Notes under the pieces: model-generated | Told to the model about the DNA's origin: nothing | Database searches by the model: none | The model's input: only the letters and a program-made list of their open reading frames with translations | Translations under genes and position numbers: made by a program | Assembly: GCA_964195125.1 (NCBI GenBank) | Contig: CAXMPL010000060.1 | Location: 1 to 38,219 of the forward strand | Length of the DNA stretch: 38,219 nucleotides | Reading direction: 5' to 3' | DNA from: an uncultured Kiloniellales bacterium | GTDB taxonomy: Bacteria; Actinomycetota; Acidimicrobiia; Spongiisociales; UBA5794 | Shown here: positions 24,940 to 33,248 of the stretch, piece by piece | Layout: every line of letters starts with the position of its first letter | How positions within the stretch are numbered: the first letter of the stretch is position 1

Positions 24940-25890
24940 ATGGCGCGCATCCATGTTGAAGGGTGGGCCCCGGAGTACGGGAGCCCGCTGCAAACCGACG
25001 ACTCGCTTGCGGACGAGAGCCGTGTCGACGAGGACGTCGAGGTCTCCGGTGCCTGGAGCCCGATCTCTGGTGTCGACGACGGCGTGGCTGCCGTCGCTTT
25101 TGTCGACGGCGTGCGGCGCATCGATGCGATGCTCACCCTCGAAGACGAGAACGGCCCGCCGACCGCCGGGATTTGTGGCACGTACGCGGTCGGATCGGTG
25201 CTGTGGGACCGCACGATTCCCGCCTCCGAGATCACCCATGCCCTCGTCGACCGGGTGGCGATCTTCAGCGGCGGCAAGGCAGCACCGATGCCTGCAGTCT
25301 CCACGCAGCTGAGCTACCGCACCGAATCCATCGCCGGGTCTGATCCGTCGGGGCTCATTCAGTCGCTCCACGGGCAGATGAGAAAGGCGGAGGCGACGCT
25401 GTCGGAGGATCTCGCCAAGTCGGGAGTGTTTGTTGTCGCCGACGGCCCGATCAACGATTTATCCGCTACCGAGAAGGTCGGCTTTATCAAGACCCACCGC
25501 CGCCCCTACCTCAGCGACGAACGGATCGGCATCGTCGGAGCACTCCGACCGGCCGAACGCACTCCGCTGTTCCTGATCGGAGCCGGAGGCGCTTACCCCC
25601 GATACTCTTGGTATTTCCGCCTCGCCGCGGTTGACCACGGCCATGCCTGGTCGGGGATCGCCCGTGCCGAGGTGTCCAGCCATCTCGATCTTGGCACCGC
25701 GCAGCGGATAGCAGACCGCGTCACCGCGGTGGTCCCTGAGGTTTCTTCCGAGCCACACATCGACCCGAGGGCGCCACAGAACCTGGTGCCCATTGCCGCC
25801 CTCGAGCGGGAGTTGCGGAGACGCATGGGCGACCCCGCCTTCGTCTACCGTGAGTTGCGAGCGGCCACCTTGGGCGGGGTGCTGACATGA
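24940..25890 (+). CDS. nurA: NurA-like nuclease (context-based call)
   Basis: 316 aa. Acidic motif AFVDGVRR near the N-terminus and VVADGPIN mid-protein. Its stop overlaps the ATG of the HerA-like ATPase (ATGA). HerA-NurA pairing is established for archaea and Deinococcus. Sequence-level recognition is weak. Confidence 0.55.
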   Translation: MARIHVEGWAPEYGSPLQTDDSLADESRVDEDVEVSGAWSPISGVDDGVAAVAFVDGVRRIDAMLTLEDENGPPTAGICGTYAVGSVLWDRTIPASEITHALVDRVAIFSGGKAAPMPAVSTQLSYRTESIAGSDPSGLIQSLHGQMRKAEATLSEDLAKSGVFVVADGPINDLSATEKVGFIKTHRRPYLSDERIGIVGALRPAERTPLFLIGAGGAYPRYSWYFRLAAVDHGHAWSGIARAEVSSHLDLGTAQRIADRVTAVVPEVSSEPHIDPRAPQNLVPIAALERELRRRMGDPAFVYRELRAATLGGVLT

Positions 25891-27608
25891 CGGAGAACAG
25901 TGTCGGTCGTGTCCTGGGAACCCAGCACACGACGACAAGCGAGTTTCGCGTCGTGCTCGACGACGACGAGTACCTGCAACTCGATGACCTCGTCGTGGTC
26001 CGCACCCAGGTTCCCAAGTACGGAGAGGTGCGCACCTACGGCATCGTCACCGAGGCGGAAGCCGTCTACGAGGGAGCGCAGTTCGAATCCGATACGCACC
26101 GCATCGCTGCTGAGGGAATCCTCCCGGGCGCCAAGGTGCGATCGGCGAGGGTGCAGGTCACTCGGGTGGACCCTGAGCTGTGGGTTTCGGCCGATCCTGG
26201 CGAGGTCGCCGAACGTGCCCGCGGCGCCGAGCGCGACAAGGCATTGTACGTCGACGAGATGGGCAGGCCGCTGCCAGCCGGCTTCGGCCGCGACGGGGAA
26301 CCGATCGCCATCGACCTCGACTTCTTCGACGGCCGCAAGGGCGGCCACATGTCGATCTCGGGGATCTCCGGGGTCGCAACCAAAACATCGTTTGCCCTGT
26401 TCTTCCTCAGGCTGCTGTCGGCGAGGCCGGACGTGGTCGGCGTTGGCGCCGCCAACCTGCGAATCCTCGTGTTCAACGTCAAGGGCGAGGATCTCTTGTG
26501 GCTGGACAAACCCAACAACGCGTTCACCGCAGACGATGCCGCCAAATGGGAGCAGCTCGGCGTCGAACCTGCGCCGTTCCCTTCCGTGTCGTTCTGGGCG
26601 CCACCACGGCCGCGAAGCGGGGACGTGCTGGTGCCGGACACCGGTGGGCGGCAGCAGGGCGTCGATGCGTTTGCATGGACGCCGCGCGAGTTCGTCGACG
26701 ACGGTCTGCTGCGGTTCCTGTTCACGGACGCAGGCGACTTCCGCAACCAGCTCTCGTTCATCGAGGAGAGAGTGCGATCACAGCTCCAGCGTTTCGCAAT
26801 CGATGTCGACGGTCTGCCGGGAGCCCTGGTGCTCCGCGACCCTGCCGATGTTGACGACCCGCGACAACCCGTGGTCGCCCATCGTGGTGAGCGCGTGATC
26901 AGCGATCTGGGGACGATGATCGATGCCATCGCCGAATACGTCGACCCAGAGGAGAGGGAGCCGGATCAGCGATGGACGGGAAGGGTGCAGGGGGGCACGG
27001 TCTCCGCGTTCCTCCGCAGGCTCCACGCCGCCGAGCAACGGCTCGGGCACATGATCAGGGCAGGCGACAGCAGGCGCATCGACAGGGCGGCCGCTCAGGT
27101 GACCGTGGTCGGGATCCAGTCGCTCCATGATCTCGGCCAGCGATTCGTGGTCGGCGCCATGCTGGCGGAGACCTTCGAGGAGAAGGAGCACACCGGCCAG
27201 CGCCTCCCACTGTCGGTCGTCGTGCTCGATGAGCTGAACAAATACGCACCGAGAGATGGGTCGAGCCCGCTCAAGGCGATGCTGGTCGATATAGCCCAGC
27301 GGGGGAGGAGCCTCGGCGTGCTTCTGGTCGGAGCGCAGCAGACCGCGTCGAGGGTCGCCCCCGAAGTCATGGAAAACGCTGCCATCAAGGTCGCCGGCCG
27401 CCTCGACGCCGCCGAGGCCGAGCGCCCGGAGTACGGCTGGATGCTGCCGTCGACGCGAGCCAGGGCGCGGCTGTTCAAACCGGGGACGATGGTGCTGTCG
27501 CAGCCGTCGATCCCGGTGCCGATCGTCCTCCAATTTCCCTTCCCACCATGGGCGACCCGCAAGGAGGAGGTCGACACAACGAAGGTCGACCCGTTCGACG
27601 GGCTGTGA
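25887..27608 (+). CDS. herA: HerA-like FtsK/HerA-superfamily ATPase (DUF87-type)
   Basis: 573 aa. N-terminal beta-barrel-like segment (GRVLGT..EFRVVL..LDDLVVV..YGIVTE). P-loop-like ISGISGVATKTS. Walker B VVVLDELNKYAP. Downstream GRSLGVLLVGAQQ. Confidence 0.75.
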   Translation: MTENSVGRVLGTQHTTTSEFRVVLDDDEYLQLDDLVVVRTQVPKYGEVRTYGIVTEAEAVYEGAQFESDTHRIAAEGILPGAKVRSARVQVTRVDPELWVSADPGEVAERARGAERDKALYVDEMGRPLPAGFGRDGEPIAIDLDFFDGRKGGHMSISGISGVATKTSFALFFLRLLSARPDVVGVGAANLRILVFNVKGEDLLWLDKPNNAFTADDAAKWEQLGVEPAPFPSVSFWAPPRPRSGDVLVPDTGGRQQGVDAFAWTPREFVDDGLLRFLFTDAGDFRNQLSFIEERVRSQLQRFAIDVDGLPGALVLRDPADVDDPRQPVVAHRGERVISDLGTMIDAIAEYVDPEEREPDQRWTGRVQGGTVSAFLRRLHAAEQRLGHMIRAGDSRRIDRAAAQVTVVGIQSLHDLGQRFVVGAMLAETFEEKEHTGQRLPLSVVVLDELNKYAPRDGSSPLKAMLVDIAQRGRSLGVLLVGAQQTASRVAPEVMENAAIKVAGRLDAAEAERPEYGWMLPSTRARARLFKPGTMVLSQPSIPVPIVLQFPFPPWATRKEEVDTTKVDPFDGL

Positions 27609-28774
27609 GGGTCCTCCACACGTCGGATTGGCACGTCGGAAAGCGGATCGGACGCTACGACCGGTCGGACGAGTACCGGGACGTCATCGACGAGGTGGTC
27701 GGGATCGCCGAGGACGAGACTGTCGATCTGGTGCTCCATTCGGGCGATCTGTTCGATCGGCCGTTGCCTCCAATCGACGCGCTCAACATTGCCTTCGATG
27801 GCCTGGTTGCGCTCAGCGATGGGGGCGAGCGACCGGTGGTTGTCATTGCAGGGAACCACGATTCACCAGGGTTCTTCGATGCGCTCGCTCCGTTTCTGCG
27901 AACGGTCAACGTGCACCTGGTCGGCGCCATCAAACGACCGGACGACGGTGGTGTGCTCGAGCTCGACACGGCTGCGGGACCCGCCGTGGTATCGGCGTTT
28001 CCCTTCCTCAGAGAGGGACGCAGCTTCGAGGTGTGGGAACCGCCGGAAGAGCACTACAAGAAATATGCCGACCGGCTGCGCTCCATCTCCGAGGCCTACA
28101 GCGCCCATGCCGCTGCGCTTGCCGGCACCGATGCGGTGACCTTCCTCGTTGCCCACTTCCTGGTTGGGGGAGCCAAGGTGCACGGCCACGGCGCACCCCG
28201 CGGGGAACGCGAGCTCCACATGGGCGAAGCGTATGCCGCCACTGCAGAGGTCATCCCTCCTGGGCCGCAATACGTCGCCATGGGTCATATCCACGCCCCC
28301 CAACCGGTCCCAGGAGCCAAAGTGCCTGCTCAGTACGCCGGGTCCTTGCTCGAGCTGGACTTCGGCGAGGCCGGCGAGGAGAAGCGGGTGGTGGTGGTCG
28401 ATGTCGAGCCCGGCCTGCCCGCCGCGGTGCGATCGGTGCCGCTTGGGCGCGGACGCCGTCTGCTGCGGCCGCGCGGACCCTGGGACGAGATTCTCGGCAT
28501 GGACGGGGTCCACGACTCATACCTCGATCTCACCGTCGAGACCGCGGGGCCGGACCCTGGTCTTGCCGAACGTGCCTTCGACGAGTTCGACTACCTGGTC
28601 AACGTCCGCCCTGACTACCCGAGGGTGGAGGCGCCGCGGCCCGCGACCGAGTATCGAACCCTGACCGAGCAGTACTCCGACTACTACGCAGCAACCTACG
28701 AAACAGAGGCGCCTGAGGACCTGATCGAAGCGTTCACTTCGGTGCTGGAGGAGGTAGTCGGTGCGTCCGGTTGA
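27605..28774 (+). CDS. sbcD: Mre11/SbcD-family nuclease
   Basis: GTG 27605 overlaps the herA stop (GTGA). Phosphoesterase motifs HTSDWHVG, HSGDLFD, GNHD and GHIH. Confidence 0.88.
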   Translation: MRVLHTSDWHVGKRIGRYDRSDEYRDVIDEVVGIAEDETVDLVLHSGDLFDRPLPPIDALNIAFDGLVALSDGGERPVVVIAGNHDSPGFFDALAPFLRTVNVHLVGAIKRPDDGGVLELDTAAGPAVVSAFPFLREGRSFEVWEPPEEHYKKYADRLRSISEAYSAHAAALAGTDAVTFLVAHFLVGGAKVHGHGAPRGERELHMGEAYAATAEVIPPGPQYVAMGHIHAPQPVPGAKVPAQYAGSLLELDFGEAGEEKRVVVVDVEPGLPAAVRSVPLGRGRRLLRPRGPWDEILGMDGVHDSYLDLTVETAGPDPGLAERAFDEFDYLVNVRPDYPRVEAPRPATEYRTLTEQYSDYYAATYETEAPEDLIEAFTSVLEEVVGASG

Positions 28775-31268
28775 GCTCAGGCTGAGGAACTTCCGATCCT
28801 ACTTTGGCGACGAAGCATCCTTTGACTTTCGGGAGCGAAGGCTCATCGGCATCGTCGGCCCGATCGGCAGCGGAAAGTCGAGCATCCTGGATGCGATCGC
28901 GTTCGCCCTCTACGGTCGCACCGCCTCCGTCGGCAAGGGCACCAAAGCGCTGATCCATCAGCGCGCCGAGCACGGCACGGTTGCCTTCCGCTTCGACATC
29001 GACGGAGACCTGTGGGAGGCGCAGCGGATGTTGCGCAAGAAGGGGGCGGGCGACCATGCCCTCTATCACCTGAAGGACGACAGCGAAGATGCGGAGAAGC
29101 TGGAGCAGGTTGTCGGCGAGGCCGAGGTCAACGCCAGGATCGTTGAGCTGCTCGGCCTCGATTTCGACGCCTTCGGTCGTTCGGTGCTGCTCGCTCAGGG
29201 TCGGTTCGCCGAGTTCCTCACCGCACGGCCCGCCGAACGTGACAAGGTGCTCAAGGGTGTCTTCGGACTCGACCGTATCGACCGGATGCGAGCGGTGGCG
29301 AAGGAGCGCGCCGGGGAGGCCGAGATCGAGGCGGAGAAGGCGGAGGTCGCGGTCCGGCACCTGGTTGAGCTCGAAACCTCCGCCGCGACGCGCAAGGAGG
29401 CCCTGGGAAAGGACTTGGAGCGCCTGGGGAAACTCGAAAAGATCGAACCTCTGGCCCGCCAGATGGCTGCAGAGATCGATAACTCCCGCACCGAGTTGGA
29501 GGCGGCCGAACTGCGGCTCGCCGCTCTCCAAAAACTGATTGCTTCCTTTCCGGAAGAGGAACAGCTTGGCGCCACCATCAGCGTCGCTCACACCTCTGCG
29601 GAGCAACGGGACAACTCGGCGTTGACCCTCGAGCGGGCCCGTGACCAGATCAAGGCTGCCGAGGCTCGTTCCGCCAAGGCTGCGGAAATGCGTGGCACCC
29701 TCGATGCGGTCACGGCGTTGGTCGCCACCAGCATGGAGCGGAAGACGGCGGTCGGCGAGGCGCGGGAGGCACTCACCAGGGGAGAAGAGCGGGCACAGCA
29801 GGCCACCGCCGAGGTAGGCGGCCAGACCGACCGGGTCGCCCTCGCCAAGCGCGCGATGGCCGCCGCCGCCGGTCACGTCGGCGACCGGTCGACCGCCCTC
29901 GCCGCTGCGGAGGCTGCCTATCACGACGCCTCCCACGCTGACATGGCCGCAACCCTGCGTCGAGATCTCGTCGACGGGGCGATATGCCCGGTGTGTGAGC
30001 AGGCTATCCAATCCATACCAGAGGTCGCCGACGTCACCGATGTCGAGGCCGCGCTGTCCCAGATGCAGTCGGCAAAGGACGAACGCGACCAGGCCGAGGC
30101 CGCCAACACCAAGGCATCGGCGGCGCTGGAATCGGCGAGAACGGCCCTCGACGAGGCAACCCGGCGCGTTGCCGAGTCGGGTGAAGCCGTCACCGAGCTG
30201 AAGGACGGCCTAGACCAGGCTGCGGCCGCCCTCGACTCAACCAACAACAACCTCGTCGCCCTTGTCGGATCAGACGACGTTGACGCCGCCATCGAGTTGC
30301 TCCGGAACGAACAGGGGGCGGCAGCAGCCGGCCTCGACGCTGCGGCCACGAAGCGAGATCGTGCCAGGAGCGATCACGACGCCGCAATCGAGGCGGAACA
30401 GACGGCTGGAAAACATCTCGCCGATCTCCGGGTTGCGCTGTCGGGAATCGCCACCCAGCTTGACGATGCCCCTGCGGTTGCCGACGACCCCGAGGCGATC
30501 GCAACCGCAGCATTGACCCTCCGGGCCATGCTGGACCAGGCACTGCACGACACGACAAAACGGAGCGATCAGGCATCGAAGGTCGGCATCGACCACGAGC
30601 GGGAGCTGGCAGCCCTCGTCGAGAAGGCAGATGTCACCGGGACGTTTGACGAGGCGTTGGCCGCGCTGCGATCGAGGGTGGAGGTGATGAGCGACGAGAT
30701 CGCTCGTGTCGATGACCAGTTGGAGGGGAAAGCGGATCGGATCGCCCTCAGAGATGGTCACATCGCGACGATGAAAACCAATCGATCTCTCGCCGCCGAC
30801 CTCACCGATGCCCGGTTTGTGCGGTACCTCCTCGACGATGAGCGTCGCCGGCTGGCCGAGCTCGGCAGCGAGCACTTTCAGCTTCTCACCAGCGGCCGTT
30901 ACCGCTTCACCGAAGATGGGGCCTTCGATATCGTGGATCTCACCGCGGCCGATGCGGTTCGCAAAGCCGACAGCCTGTCGGGCGGAGAGACCTTTCTTGC
31001 TTCGCTTGGGCTGGCACTCGCCATGGCCGAGATCGTGGCTCGGGGTGGTGGCCGCCTCGACGCCTTCTTCCTGGACGAGGGATTCGGCACCCTCGACCCC
31101 GAACATCTCGATCTGGCCATGGAGGGCATCGAGTCGCTGGTCAGCGACGACGGGAACCGGCTGGTCGTCGTGGTCAGCCACGTGCCGGAGCTGCGGCACC
31201 GAGTGGAGGATCTGATCGAGCTTGACCGGAACCCCACGACCGGCGACACCAGGGTGCTGAGCGCCTGA
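28761..31268 (+). CDS. sbcC: Rad50/SbcC-family SMC-like ATPase with zinc hook
   Basis: 835 aa. Walker A GPIGSGKSS, a long Ala/Glu-rich coiled coil, a central CPVC hook, signature LSGGE and Walker B FFLDEGFGTLD. Overlaps sbcD by 14 nt. Confidence 0.9.
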   Translation: MRPVELRLRNFRSYFGDEASFDFRERRLIGIVGPIGSGKSSILDAIAFALYGRTASVGKGTKALIHQRAEHGTVAFRFDIDGDLWEAQRMLRKKGAGDHALYHLKDDSEDAEKLEQVVGEAEVNARIVELLGLDFDAFGRSVLLAQGRFAEFLTARPAERDKVLKGVFGLDRIDRMRAVAKERAGEAEIEAEKAEVAVRHLVELETSAATRKEALGKDLERLGKLEKIEPLARQMAAEIDNSRTELEAAELRLAALQKLIASFPEEEQLGATISVAHTSAEQRDNSALTLERARDQIKAAEARSAKAAEMRGTLDAVTALVATSMERKTAVGEAREALTRGEERAQQATAEVGGQTDRVALAKRAMAAAAGHVGDRSTALAAAEAAYHDASHADMAATLRRDLVDGAICPVCEQAIQSIPEVADVTDVEAALSQMQSAKDERDQAEAANTKASAALESARTALDEATRRVAESGEAVTELKDGLDQAAAALDSTNNNLVALVGSDDVDAAIELLRNEQGAAAAGLDAAATKRDRARSDHDAAIEAEQTAGKHLADLRVALSGIATQLDDAPAVADDPEAIATAALTLRAMLDQALHDTTKRSDQASKVGIDHERELAALVEKADVTGTFDEALAALRSRVEVMSDEIARVDDQLEGKADRIALRDGHIATMKTNRSLAADLTDARFVRYLLDDERRRLAELGSEHFQLLTSGRYRFTEDGAFDIVDLTAADAVRKADSLSGGETFLASLGLALAMAEIVARGGGRLDAFFLDEGFGTLDPEHLDLAMEGIESLVSDDGNRLVVVVSHVPELRHRVEDLIELDRNPTTGDTRVLSA

Positions 31269-31295
31269 CGGGAACACCCTTCTACGCTCCGCTCC

Positions 31296-32426
31296 GTGAC
31301 CAAGCCGCTCGAACAGATCACGGTCATCGAACTCGCCGGTCTCGGCGCTCTGCCGTTTGCCGGGATGATCCTCGCCGGCATGGGTGCCGACGTGCTCCTC
31401 GTCGATCGGCCGGGTGGACCGCTGGCTCCGGATGCGATGTCGGGTGCGGTGAGCCGTGGCAAGCGGTCGATCGTCATCGACCTGAAACACCGAGACGCCG
31501 CCGCAGTCATCCTCCGGATCGTGGAGTCCGCCGACGTCCTGATGGAGGGGTTTCGACCAGGCGTGGTGGAACGGCTCGGAATCGGCCCCGACCAGTGTTT
31601 TGCGGTGAACCCGGAGCTGGTGTACGGGAGGATGACCGGGTGGGGACGCCAAGGACCATATGCATCGATGGCGGGCCACGACATCAACTACATCGGGATG
31701 AGCGGTGCCCTCCACGCCATCGGCGGCGCAGATCATCCGGTTCCACCTCTCAACCTCATTGGGGACTATGGCGGCGGCTCGATGTATCTGGTGGCTGGTG
31801 TGCTCGCCGCTTTGGTTGACCGTGATCGTTCCGGGGGCAGGGTGGTCGAGGCGGCCATGACCGACGGCGCAGCCTCGCTGATGAGCCCGTTCTACGAGAT
31901 GCACGCCACCGGCACCTGGGATGACACCAGGGTGAGCAATCTCCTCGATGGTGCGGCGCCGTTCTACACGACCTATGCGACCAGCGACGGTCGGCATATG
32001 GCGGTCGGAGCGCTGGAGCCCAAGTTCTATGCCGAGCTCGTTGACGGCCTCGGGCTTGGCGAGGCCGACCTTCCCGATCAGCTCGACGCCACCCGCTGGC
32101 CGGAGCTGCGAGATCGGTTCGCCGCGGTGTTTGCCGGGCGTACCAGGGCGGACTGGGAGGGCGTCTTCGACGGCACAGACGCCTGCGTGACGCCGGTGCT
32201 CGGCCTCGAGGAAGCACCGATGCACGACACCAACAGTCTTCGCGGCGTGTTCGCCGACCATACCGGCCATCCGCTTCCCGCCCCCGCTCCGCGCTTCGAC
32301 ATCGACCTCCCAGGCGAGCTGGCGGGGCCGTCAGCGCCAGGGGGCAACACCGACGAGATCCTGGCAGCCGCCGGCTACGACGAACAAGAGGTGGAGCGGC
32401 TGCGCGCCGATGGCGTGGTTGCCTGA
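31296..32426 (+). CDS. mcr: Alpha-methylacyl-CoA racemase (family III CoA-transferase fold)
   Basis: 376 aa, collinear with remembered M. tuberculosis Mcr. VIELAGLGALPFAGMILAGMGADV, EGFRPGVVERLG, MTGWGRQGP, AGHDINYI, PPLNLIGDYGGGSM, DGAAPFYTTY and ACVTPVL. Confidence 0.85.
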   Translation: MTKPLEQITVIELAGLGALPFAGMILAGMGADVLLVDRPGGPLAPDAMSGAVSRGKRSIVIDLKHRDAAAVILRIVESADVLMEGFRPGVVERLGIGPDQCFAVNPELVYGRMTGWGRQGPYASMAGHDINYIGMSGALHAIGGADHPVPPLNLIGDYGGGSMYLVAGVLAALVDRDRSGGRVVEAAMTDGAASLMSPFYEMHATGTWDDTRVSNLLDGAAPFYTTYATSDGRHMAVGALEPKFYAELVDGLGLGEADLPDQLDATRWPELRDRFAAVFAGRTRADWEGVFDGTDACVTPVLGLEEAPMHDTNSLRGVFADHTGHPLPAPAPRFDIDLPGELAGPSAPGGNTDEILAAAGYDEQEVERLRADGVVA

Positions 32427-32530
32427 TTGGTCGCGGCGGCTGAGACAGACCGTTAACAGGACCAGGTGCGCCGTAGCCCTCGGACTGAAACTGGATCGAT
32501 ACCTAGAGAGCGCCGGCAGGCAACTTCCCC

Positions 32531-33226
32531 TCAATCGGTGTAGATCAGCTCGAGCGTTCCCATCGGTCGGCACAGGTACTCGATCCGATCTCCCGGAATC
32601 GGCCATACCAGCGGGATCACAGACCCGGCCATGATCACCTGCCCCGCGCGCAGGTGGTGGCCCGCCGCAGCCAGCCAATCGGCGGTGTGCAGTGTGAGGT
32701 CGACGAGATTACCGGTCAACGCCTCAGGATCGGCGGTGGCACCGACCTCGGCCCCGTTGCAGAGCACGCGAACATCGATGCCGCTGACATCCCCGCCGGC
32801 GCGGTTGGAGTCGGCCGGGGCGAGGACGACATGCCGCTGAAAGATGTTGCCGCCGACAATGGCCTCGACGTCGTCGAGGGGACCACCCAGATCGGCCAGC
32901 TCGATCGCCGGCCCGAGCGCGCTGATGGCCGCCGCCGCTTCGGCCCGGGTTGCGCCAGGGCCCAGATCGCGGCCCAGATGGATGGCGATCTCGGGCTCGA
33001 AAGCCGGCTTGGTCCACCCATCCAGTGAGACAGTGCTCCCGGAGTCAAGGACCGACACCACAAACCCCACCAGTGGGGCTTCGATACCCAGGCGTTCCAT
33101 CGCCGCCGGGGAGCCGAATCCGATTTTCCACCCGGCAAGCGTCCCCCCCGCGTCCAATCGTTCCTGCAGCAGCCGACCTTGGGCACGGATGCCTGCCGTT
33201 ACCGCCGCATCATCCCATACCGCCAT
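32531..33226 (-). CDS. 2-keto-4-pentenoate hydratase / 4-oxalocrotonate decarboxylase family (FAH-fold) protein
   Basis: 231 aa. GWKIGFGSP..., EPEIAIHLGRDL and VIMAGSV resemble MhpD/XylJ-family motifs. Lies 22 nt downstream of the PPDK-like gene. Confidence 0.65.
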   Translation of the reverse strand: MAVWDDAAVTAGIRAQGRLLQERLDAGGTLAGWKIGFGSPAAMERLGIEAPLVGFVVSVLDSGSTVSLDGWTKPAFEPEIAIHLGRDLGPGATRAEAAAAISALGPAIELADLGGPLDDVEAIVGGNIFQRHVVLAPADSNRAGGDVSGIDVRVLCNGAEVGATADPEALTGNLVDLTLHTADWLAAAGHHLRAGQVIMAGSVIPLVWPIPGDRIEYLCRPMGTLELIYTD

Positions 33227-33248
33227 GGGCGTTCTCCCTTCGTCCCGC

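Noticed and set aside
26081-26090. GTTCGAATCC, a tRNA T-arm-like decamer.
   Set aside because: It lies inside the herA coding frame (..AQFESD..). No acceptor or anticodon stems can be built around it.
24940-31268. Reading the HerA/NurA/SMC-like block as an anti-phage defence system (HerA-associated or Lamassu/Wadjet-like).
   Set aside because: The partners are canonical Mre11/SbcD and zinc-hook Rad50/SbcC, not Sir2, DUF4297 or Lmu effectors. There are no neighbouring defence or mobile genes. A DNA-end-processing role is more parsimonious, although I cannot exclude a dual role.
30270-32270. 666-aa minus-strand ORF spanning the sbcC 3' end and mcr. Similar long antisense ORFs are 28734..30011, 19694..20815, 14412..15461, 1570..2829, 17318..18589, 4693..5667, 6006..6932, 23125..24003 and 22616..23734.
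   Set aside because: All lie opposite to, or out of frame with, genes that have clear family motifs. Their products are Arg/Gly/Pro/His-rich low-complexity sequence, typical of shadow ORFs in GC-rich DNA. None shows a recognisable domain.
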